64,000 bases of DNA from Eledone cirrhosa (taxonomy: Eukaryota). Of the stretch, positions 15,948 through 27,521 are shown piece by piece (positions within the stretch are counted from its first letter, which is position 1; each line of letters opens with the position of its first letter). Under the pieces are notes generated by a model, which worked only from the letters and a program-made list of their open reading frames with translations, had not been told where the DNA came from and did no database searches. The stretch covers positions 34,658,001 to 34,722,000 of the forward strand of contig OZ024757.1 of NCBI GenBank assembly GCA_964016885.1. Reading direction: 5' to 3'. The position numbers and the translations under genes are program-made.

Positions 15948-16490
15948 CTAGCAGTGGTACCCGGCGTTGCACGGGATAAGTTATTTTGGAATGCGGGCCA
16001 CCAACAGACCTAATCGTGGAAAAACTGCATGCCTGGACAATATGTAAAGAAAATAAACCGAATACTCTGATGGCTGGATAATCTTTAAGATTTTCCTCGA
16101 TGAAGCAGGAAAAAGGCAGGTTTTTCCTAGGGGATCAAGAAAATGAATTTTTTTATGTGCATAATATGCCTTGAAATTTCGGGAAAATCGGCTAGACGTA
16201 ACACCTCAAAACAGCCCTAAAAAGTTGAAAAAATGAAGTTTTTCACCTAATGCAGGCCCTAGGCCATAAAAAAGTTGGATTTAATACATAGTTACAATTT
16301 CAAGGAAATCGGTCTGACGTAATGCCTCAAAAAAACCCTAAAAAAATGAAAAAAAACGAAGTTTTTCACCTAGGGGATCAAAAAGTTGAATTTTGTAAGT
16401 AATACACATGTAAAGTTTGAAAAAAATCGGTTGGGTACTTCTCGAGTTTTAGGGATCACAGACAGACACACACACACAGACATCCTCAGT
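15948..16490 (-). mobile_element. Non-autonomous Helitron-like element, same family as 8930-9605
   Basis: Begins CTAGCAGTGGTACCCGGCGTTGCACGGG, i.e. a CTAG 3' end on the minus strand. Confidence 0.72.
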
Positions 16491-16595
16491 TATATATATA
16501 TATATATATAGATATGTGGATAGGTGCAAGAAAATTGCGTCCGTAGGCGGTATGTTGGGTGAGCACTCAATGCTCGTGCAGAGCAGAGTAGAATA

Positions 16596-16871
16596 GTATA
16601 AGAATAAAGGAACAAAGAATCAGTGTTGCATCATAACATATTTAATAACATCTTACACATGTTTCAGTCGATCAATTGAGGAATAGGAAATATTCACACA
16701 ACATCAGGGACGAGCTTACATATTGAAGCATATCTGAGGATCTTTTGATTCCAGAGTCAGGTTTGATCAATAATAGATTGTCCACCGAGCTGATCGACAG
16801 TGAAACATATGTAATATGTTATTAAATATGTTATGATGCAGCACTGATTCTTTGTTCCTGTATTCTTATAC
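16596..16871. repeat. Imperfect inverted repeat, ~80-bp arms
   Basis: 16596-16674 vs 16791-16871. Confidence 0.85.
16729..16818 (+). ncRNA. Degenerate hammerhead motif inside an inverted repeat
   Basis: CATAT CTGAGGA ..61 nt.. GAAA CATATG TA ATATG; the closing pair of stem II is not formed. Confidence 0.4.
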
Positions 16872-18248
16872 ATATATATAGATATATATATGTTTTGTAT
16901 TTCTTATTACAAGAGTAAAAGAAACCAGTTTTAAATGGGTACTCAATATATATATATTATGAATCTTATTTAACTTCTACAAAGAGTTTCTTATTTCTCT
17001 CCTTATGGAGTCAATCACAGAACCAGGCTTGATAGAGTTATGATTTTATAATGTATGGCTTTTCACAGGTCCATGACAAAAACCTCACCAGATAAGACCC
17101 ACTACAAAGTTAAAAATAAAACAAAAATAAACATAAAAGAAAAAGACAGAAGTTGAATATGACCAGATGTTTGATAGCTTGTTTCAATTTTTCATATATT
17201 GAACACTTTAAACAGAAGTGTATTGCTTGTATTGAGAATTAGTTTGTGATTTACACAGCTGCCATTATTAGTGAAACTGAGGGTGATAATCAGGTAGTGT
17301 TGGTAGAACGACAGACAACGTGCCTTGTTGTATTGAGTTACGGCTCTTTACATTCTGTGTTCAAACCCTGCCTAAGTGAGCTTTGCCTTGCATCCTTCTG
17401 GGGTTGATAAAATAACGCACCAGTTAAGTCCTGGGATTAACATAATCAACTTTCCCTTTCCATCAAATTGCAGGCCTTGTGCCCAAATTAGAAACCATTG
17501 AGTTCAAATACCGCCGTGGTTACTTTGCCTTTCATCCTTAAGTGATCGATAAATGAACTGGGGTCGATTTAATTGACTTTCCCCTCCCCCACAAATTGTT
17601 GGCCTTGTGTCTATATAACAAACCTTGGCAGTATCGGTAGAGGGTCGGACACTATGCTTTAACGCATAGAGTTACACCCCTTGTGCCCAAGGATTGGCAG
17701 TATCGGTAGAGGGTTGGACGCCATGGTTTGCAGCAATGAGTTACGGCCCTTTATGGTCTGAGTTCAAATCCCGCCAAGGTTAAATTTACCTTTCATCCTT
17801 ACGGGGTCAATAAAATAAAGTACCAGTAATACACTGGAATAATTGCTGGCCTTGTGCCAGAATAGAAATGATTATTATTATTGTTGTTGTTATTCTTACT
17901 ATTTAGTAGTAGTAGTATTGGTAGTATTGGTAGTATTGGTAGAGCATCAGACAACATGCTTTGCAGCATATAGTTAGGTTACTTTACGTTCTGAGTTCAA
18001 ATCCTGCCAAGGCCAGCTTTTCCTGGGGTCAATTTAATCAACTTTCCCATCCCCTTCAAATTGTAGAAACAATTATTAGTGAAATTGTAGAATAAAAAAG
18101 ATTAATGAGGTTTTTTTTTGTCTGGGAGGAGAGCATCTCTGATTAAGTTCTGACTTTGTCTGTTGTTACAACCTATCAAACCCAGCGAAACACAGACAAT
18201 ACAAACATAAACATATATCATTTGTTTTAGACCTTTTATGGGGGTTGA

Positions 18249-18384
18249 TTAAAAACTTTCTTCGTTGAAAAAAAACTGGGTTCTTATACCCCTATCAGTT
18301 ATGGGGTCAGAATTGATGTTACACATTTTCAGTAGGGTCTTTGACAGTTGTGGTGGACCACAGTAAAACACACCAATACTTTTC
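18249..18384 (-). CDS. CYBB: NOX last coding exon E16 ([26 protein letters not shown])
   Basis: tcacag acceptor; IGVFYCGP; stop TAA at 18249-18251. Confidence 0.95.
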
Positions 18385-21300
18385 CTGTGAAAGAAAAAGA
18401 AAAAAAGAATATATATATATATAAAACTTCATTATCTTCACATAAATACACAATTATACATATAATAAATATATATACATATATATCCAAAATTAAATTA
18501 AGGGTGTCATGTCCGAGAGACATGCACCATATCGACTGTAGAATAGGCTCAAAGATTCCAATAAATACGATGTGTGTATTTAAAAAAAAATGCAACATGT
18601 GTTACTAGTCATTCACAGATTTGCATTTGCTGTGTAAACACAGATAGTTAAATCTTCTCCCTTGTTGAAAATCCGGGATTTGACTACTGTGATTTACCGA
18701 TTGATGGTGAAATATATTTCTTTAATGAAATATATACAAGGAAGATTAATCATTTTAAAAGGTATCTATATTTGAAGTTCTAGTTAAACTTTAATTAGTT
18801 ACCTACCTAGCTGTGTGTGCTTACATACTTTATAAATTATCCTTTGTGATTGTTTCATATGTTTATTTTAGATATATATATATATATGTCAATCAATTTC
18901 TAGCTGGTATATATATATATGTACAGATTAAAGTTTAAGTAAAGAATCGCTGCTTTCACCCTTTTACTATGTTCTTTCTTCGATGTGTGGTCCCTTGATA
19001 CAGGGGCTGGCTGTCGAAGAAACAACACCACGCGTTCGGCCGGCCCCTCTATCATGAAAAGAAAATCTTTTCGGGGAAATTATTGGATTTTTCCAAACTT
19101 AAACATTGAAAGTTCCTAAGAAACCTTTATTTTAGGTTTTGCTGTCTGAAGAACTCAGGCTACCATAACAGATAGTCCTCAGTGAAATTTGCATAACAGA
19201 GTTTTAAATAAACCTGAATCAACTGAATATGGCCTCTGATCTTTTATTAATATATAATGCTCCAACTTGCACCATTTATACAGGCCGTTGAGCACTTTTT
19301 TTGAGCACTTCGCAACCAACAGATCATAATGTGGTCCGCACATCTCTGTTTGGTTAACCTCATACTCTAATATATATATAAGAAGGTTTAATCTATAAAT
19401 ATATATTGATTTTGTTACTCAAAAAAGAAAGCTCAATGAACATTAAGCTCAGAGCATTATTTATACAAGTTAAAACGATATACAAAAAATGTTTTTCATA
19501 TATCTAGTTGAGAAACAACCAGTATGATGTACATTTATCAAGAATGACAATAGTAAGAGAACTTAAAAGTGAATAGATTTGAAATTATGTGAGATAAAGC
19601 TTTTACTGTGAAAATACAATAGTATATATAAACTAATGTTAATGCAAAAAGGGTTAATTGAGTTCATTTATTATTTGTCATTCTCTCTCCCTCTATCTCT
19701 CTCTATATATATATACATAATACTGGTTGTTTGTCAACCAGATATATGAAAAAAATTATTTGTATATCATTTAAACTTTATATATATAAACTGAAGATCA
19801 TATAAATAACCACTTTGTTTGGGAAATGTCAATTTTAGTTTGTATTTGCTTTGATATCTTCCTCCTGACCTTTCTCTCACACATTGTGTTGACATGATAT
19901 TCTTCTTCTATATTGTAAATAGTTTAACAACAACTATCTATTCCTATCTACCAATGTACCTATATCTATCTTCTGACAACTAAAACAACAGCATCTATCA
20001 ATCTATCTCTATCAATCTATCTATCTTCTGACTACTAAAACAACATCTCTCTCCAGTTTTCTGTCTGTGTATCTACCTACCAACCTAATGCAAGTATTCA
20101 GATCAGGTCTTCAGATTGAGGATAACTTCCTTTAAGGGTCATAGAAACAGCCCTTTTCTTACCTGACTAAACAGTATAATACAAAAAAAAAACAAAAAAA
20201 AACACACACACCCACAGGAGTAAAATATAAACAGAATCAATAAAAAAAGTTTTTTGTGACTTACCCTAAATGAGAATCTTTTATTTCTTTAAAGATGTTT
20301 AGCCATCTTGGTCTACCAAAGTGGGTTTTTTCTCGAAGTCTTGTTATGGGATCGATATTATCACCAAAATGTAATGCTATATTTCCAATCTGGACAAAAT
20401 AAAGGATTTATACATCAACCTGTGATCTCAGCCGAAATAGACTTAATGATATATCAACACATTGTACTGCATAGATCCTGAACATTAAAACAAGAGTCTC
20501 TGTCTAAGACATCTTGATAGAACTTGTAGCATCTTTGACTTTTCTCAGATGTTGGTTTCTAATCCTCATAGGTCTGTTGCTCATTGCATTGCCTAAGCCT
20601 TGAACATTAATACCAGAGAGTGTTTAGCTATGACATCTGGTTGGGAGAGCCTGTGACATCTGGTTGGGAGAGCCTGTGACATCTGGTTGGGAGAGCCTGT
20701 GACATCTGGTTGGGAGAGCCTGTGACATCTGGTTAGGAGAGCCTGTGACATCTGGTTGGGAGAGCCTGTGACATCTGGTTAGGAGAGCCTGTGACATCTT
20801 TGGCTTTTGACAAATGTTAGTTTCCTAAGCACGAAAGGAGAGACAACTTCATTTGAGAACACAATAGCAAATCTCAGCCTCTTCTTCTGCACAATATCAG
20901 AATTATGAAGGAGACCATCACATATTTCTCTAAGAGTCTTATGTTGCTACCAGCTTATGTTTTTTAGTCCAAAGCACTGCCAGACAGTCCTATACGAGTG
21001 AGACACGGTCATCCGACCAATCTTGCCTCAAGTGGGACAATTCCTGTCTAAACCCATGCTAGCGTGGAAGATAGACATTAAACGATGATGATGATATATA
21101 TATACACACACCATCATCATCAAGTAATAGGAAATTTGATGTGCCCTTAACACAACTGAAGACTCCTCTCAACTCTTTAGCAGGTTCTCTACTGTTGGAT
21201 GACCTCCCTATCACCATGTGTGTATGGGTGTGTATGTGTTCAAAGTTTAATGTAGATAGTGATGATGATGAGTGAGGGAGGATGGTGATAATAATGATGA

Positions 21301-24300
21301 TGAAGATGAAAATAGAGTATTACCTGACTTTCATTTAATCCTCGTGTCAAATAAATGTTGTAACTGAGAAAATCTTTAAGGTTCATCTTTTCAAGCATAA
21401 CTTCTAAATATAGCAGAAATTCCTGGAAACATTCAAAGGCTTCAGTTTTGGGACAAATCCAAAAAAAGTAGACTTTTTTCAGATTTTCATTGAAATTCTT
21501 TTTCTCAATTTCCTTGCTGTTTAGTTTTGAAAAGGTAAAAAATATATATAAAGATAGAATTTACTTTCATTTTTGCATGAAATTATATTTCAATCATGTG
21601 TGTACATGTATTTTAGTACTCATGCAAATTATAATACATTGTATAATATTTATGTAAGTACTTTAAACCTTTTGATTTCAAATCACCTGAGACCACCCCT
21701 GATTCTCTGACTCTAAAGTATTTGTTTTAAAGTATTTATATTCCATTATGATAGGTGGTGAATTGTATATATAATTGCATGCTATAAAAGTCAGTGGGGG
21801 TGGGGATAAATACATACATACATAAACTGCTATAAAAGCAGGTATTAAATTCACCTTGTCCTCATCCTTAGTGCAAGCTTTGAAAAGTGCAGTTTATCTT
21901 AATTTTTTTTAATCTAAGAAGTATTAAAAAACACGTTAACGAGATGCCCCAATAATAAATATGGTGTTATATAAATATTGGTACACTAAAATCTGGTACT
22001 TTAGTACTGAGGTAAATAGTGTTATATATAAATTGGTACACTAAAATTTTGGTATTTTAGTACTGAGGTAAATAATTGTTTCTACTTTTTTGGCACAGGG
22101 CCAGCAATTACCCAGTGCATTACTGGTACTTTATTTTATCGACCCCGTAAGGATGAAAGGCAAAGTTAACCTCGGCGGGATTTGAACTCAGAATGGCAAG
22201 GGCCGTAACTCTATGCGTCAAAGCATGGCATCCGACCCTCTACCGATACTGTCTGAGGTAAATAATGATATATATATATATTGGTACACTAAAATCTGGT
22301 ACTTACCAAATGTATTTTAGTACTGAGGTAAATAGTGTTATATATATATGTTGATACTTACCAAACATATTTTAGGACTGAAGCAAATGGTGTCACACCA
22401 ATTCCAGTTCCAATAAATATATCCACATCATAACAGAAGACATCCTAAAATAATAACAAACTAAAATTAAGAGTTGTTTTTATTGTACTGTCTAGATATG
22501 TTGTTATTGTACCATATTGTCTATAGACATGGAGGTGTTGTTATTGTACCATATTGTCTATAGACATGGAGGTGTTGTTATTGTACCATATTGTCTATAG
22601 ACATGGAGGTGTTGTTATTGTACCATATTGTCTATAGACATGGAGGTGTTGTTATTGTACCATATTGTCTATAGACATGGAGGTGTTGTTATTGTACCAT
22701 ATTGTCTATAGACATGGAGGTGTTGTTATTGTACCATATTGTCTATAGACATGGAAGTGTTGTTATTGTACTGTCTAGACATGTTATTGTACTGTATGTA
22801 GACATGTTGTTGTTTTACCATATTCTCTATAGACATGGAGGTGTTGTTGTATCATACAGTGTGTAAACATATAGTAGTTGTTTTATCATTCTAACTGTAG
22901 AAATAATACATGTAAACATGTATTTCTTTTTACAGCTACATGTTTATGCAATAAATTATGTTATGGACGTTTGGACAATTAAAAATATGTTTATTCATAT
23001 ACATAATTATATGAAATAAACGAATATAATTTTTCGTAAACTATATACTGTCACACACACACATATATATATATATATTCAATGTGCTCTCCCTCTCGTG
23101 GTAGGGTCTATACCATAGATAGCACTCAATGTAATCTGATAGCGAGTAATCCAGAGAGAGGTTCCGTGTTCTGTTGTATATATAAATATATATATATATA
23201 TATGGAAAGTTATATTTAAATTGTTGGGTTACAACGAGTAAATATTTATAACTGATATAAAAGCACTCAACAAGTATTTGGAGTATATTTACGATATTAA
23301 ATAAATGGAAATTATATTTATAAAACCATATTTATTTCATTATATATATTTCAGGGATAACATATTAAAAATATGTTATGCCTTCTTCAGACAAAATACA
23401 ATATAAACAGTCTTATAAATAAATAGATTCGACATACCTTTCAACTTCGACTTGCATTTGAAAAGTTGATTTGGTAGAGTAAGGATCATCACTACCAAAT
23501 CAACTTTTCAAATGCAAGTCGAAGTTGAAAGGTATGTCGAATCTATTTATTTATAAGACTGTTTATATTGTATTTTGTCTGAAGAAGGCATAACATATTT
23601 TTAATATGTTATCCCTGAAATATATATAATGAAATAAATATGGTTTTATAAATATAATTTCCATTTATTTAATATCGTATATATATATATATATATATAT
23701 TTGTATGGTCAGCTATCTCTCTACATCCATTTGCTGAATACTATCACATATATATTTGTGTGTATGTATTTCTTGTGTTATAAAAAGGAAATTGGAGTTC
23801 CTATGTTCCTCTGGTTTCGTTATTTCATAAATGTTCAGCAATAGAGAGAGAGAGGGGGGGGGGGAAAGACGGTTTTTAACATAGACACAAGTCTCTTTCA
23901 TTGGAATTTAGACATCATCATCATCAGCATTTCATTTTACGTCCGCTTTTTCCCTGCTTGCAAGGGTGGGACGGGAACTGATTCTGGCTTGATTTCTACA
24001 GCCGGATGCCCTTCCTAACACCAACCTCATTTACAGTGAGGGCTGGGTGCTTTTTTGCCGTGGCACCTCCACGACCACTTTGCAGTGGAATGATAGGGAC
24101 CCCAGTCCCTATCATCTCATTTCTACAGCTGAGTAAACTGGAGCAATGTGAAATAAAATGTCTTGCTCAAGGAAACAACACCTCACCCGGTCTGAGAATT
24201 GAACTCACAACCTTTCGATTGCAAGGCCAATGCTCTAACCACTAAGCCATGTGCCTCCACTATGTGCCTAGACATCAACTAGGTAAATACATATGTATGC

Positions 24301-27300
24301 CTGTGTGTAGGTGTGGATGTTATTGTATTTATGGATCTGCATATTTTGAGTTATATGTGTACACGTGCATATGTTACTGTGTCTACATGCAATTACTGTA
24401 TGTATATATCTAGGTAACAGGGTCAACCATTAGAGATAGCTGAAAATGTTATTTCTCAGACGTTACCTTAATAGGTGTACCATATGGTCCATCAACAGCC
24501 ATACTACAATGAGAAATAAGGTCAAATATTAGGACATCATCATTATTTACCATCATCTGTTTTACATTTTGGAATGGGTTGCTTTGCTCCAGCTACAAGT
24601 CTCGTCAGTAGCCTGCAGTAGGTTGTCTCATAGTATCTTCCAGTTGTCTTCTATGTCATCTACCTAAATCTTCCTAAATGTCCGTTTTACATTTTGGCAT
24701 GGGCTGGACAGGTCATCACTTTCCAAGTCTAGACTAGTTGGAGAACCATGTCTTTCTCACATGTTTCATATTTAATAGGTTTTCTATAGCTGGAGGATAA
24801 AAAACACTCAAAATTCTCATTGAAATATGGTGATGAGATGATTAGAGTTCTAATTTAAATCAAAATCATTAAACCCTTTAATGTTCAAACTGGCCAGCAT
24901 TCTCTACCTTTTTCAAAAGGGTTAAAGGTAGAAGACAGTGATGGAAACCTAATAATCTTGTCCATCTACTGCTCAGCTAATAGAAATCCAGATAATAAAT
25001 TAATGCTGATAAAGGCACAAAGAAAAAAAATGATGATCCTTACTCTGGCAGATTAATAGGTTTCACCCCTTCAGTGTCCTCAATATGACATGCCTTAGCT
25101 AAGGCTTTCGTCCAGTCTCCCACAGAACGAATGTGGACAGAAAAGAAATCATCTTGTGGTGCCTAGATAATAAAACACAGAACAAAACAACTGTTTATTT
25201 ATTGAAAATAAAAGGATTTGGTTTCATCTAAAAAAAGATATTTTCTGAACCTTCATTATTTGATCAAAGCCAAAATATTTTGTAGAATATGGCATAATGG
25301 TAAGAAACTCTTGAAAGAGCTGGACAGCAGAAGGTCTTCAGAAAAGACCCCTCCCGCCTCATGCAAGTGTTTCGACCATTAACACCTTTCACTTTAAAGG
25401 GGAAGAGCTACATCAAAGTCGTGATGCTAGAGGGGTTTTCTGCTGACACCTTTCAACCATTTCAATGTTAGGGACTAGTTGTGTATTTAAACCTAAAATT
25501 GCCCCTGATCTTATAAAAACTATTTATTTTCAACCTTTTATCATAATTTTATGTAAAAACCTTTATTAAGTCACATTAACAACAAATGAGAAATAATGAG
25601 AAAGTTAGTTATATTATTAAATCCCATCAAATTTTTGGTTATTTTCAAAATTATTTGTAAAATTATAGACAGTCTCTTTCTTTGGAAATATGGAATCAGA
25701 GGGGTTAAAATGTTTATATTTATCTAAAAACCTTCTATCACACCCACAAACATAGACACACAGTCACCTTTTTGTTATCAAACCACTTCTAACATTGGCA
25801 GAAGGTCAGAAATTTACGAGAGGAGGAAAATCAATTAAATCGACCCCAGTGTGTTACTGGTGCTTCATTTTATAGGCGGGATTTGAAATGAGAACATAAT
25901 TAAATGCTGCAAAGCATGTTTTCCAACACTCTGCTGATACTGCCAATCCACCATCCTTAATGGTTTCTGATTTAGGCAGAAGGCAAATAATTTTTGGGAA
26001 AGAGGAAAGGCAATTAAATCGACCTCAGTCCATTATTACTACTTTATTTTATTGACTCCATAAGGATGAAAAATCCAAGCTAACCTTGGCAGGATTTGAA
26101 CTCAGAATGTAAATGGGCTGTAATTATATGCGCCAAAGCATGTTGCCTGATGCTCTACCGATACTGCCTATCCACCACTCTTAATTTAGCCTCCAAGATC
26201 AGGTAATGGGTGGACAAAAACAAAGAATTTTTACAAATTAAAAAATAATCTCACCGATGTCAGTGTAAAAGGATGCCACTCCATTTTAGAGACGGAAGGA
26301 CATTTGAGGAATATATATTGACCTGGTGACATCCTAAATCCTCCAGCTCGTTTCATTTGTAGTTGGTAGGTCTGACTGGGATGTTTAACCACCTGTAATA
26401 TATAGAGTAGAGTGATGACTCAGGTGTTTAACGAGGTGTTTAAATGACCCACATGTCAGTTAAGGTCCACAGAGAACACTTCAATGACCCACATGTCAGT
26501 TAAGGTCCACAGACAACACCTCAGTGACCCACATGTCAGTTATGGCCGAGAGAACACCATAATGACCCAGTTATTTTACATTTTTAACAAATAAAATATG
26601 AGGAAAACATGTCACCCACCTTAACTATTTTTACTGTCTGGTTTGAATGAATTAGAGAAATCAAACATTCTACCATGTATATTACAATTGGTACAATTAA
26701 CCATTTCCATGTCTGAAAAGACAAAATATAAACCACAATTCAACCAAAACCATTGAAATAAACTGTAAAGTAGGGTGGAATTACTAAACTTTTAGAATCA
26801 ATGTTAACCTTTTAGCATTTACATTACTCTATATTTACTATTGTATTTTCACGGTAAAGACTTTACCTCACATAATTATCTCACATAGCATTTACATTAC
26901 TCTATATTTACTATTATATATTTTCATGGTAAAGACTTTACCTCACATAATATCTCACATAATATTTACATTACTCTATATTTACTATTGTATTTTCATG
27001 GTAAAGGCTTTACCTCACATAATTATCTCACATAATATTGAATCCATGAGATTTTTTAAATTATTTATTTTGAAAACAATACCTTAACATCATTATGAAC
27101 AGCCAGTTATTGCCAGTTTGAACGGAAAGAGGTGAGAGAATTCTAGCCAGATACAACCGGTTTAAATGCTAAAGGGTTAAGAGACATTAGAATTTTTTAG
27201 AACTAGAATTTTTTTTCAACACGCTTATGTGTATGTGTATATGCATACCTTTATATGTATGAGAGAATAAATATAAATGTGCAAACACAGACACACTTAC

Positions 27301-27460
27301 AAAAATACACTCTCACACAAATACACATACATTCTCACAAACACACACATACATTCACACAAACATACATATACACTTACACAAACACACATTCACACAC
27401 AGCACAACAAATGGAACGCCAGCTGCTGTTTTGCTAGTTTTTCCACCATCTCTTCCCTTC

Positions 27461-27521
<61 letters not shown>

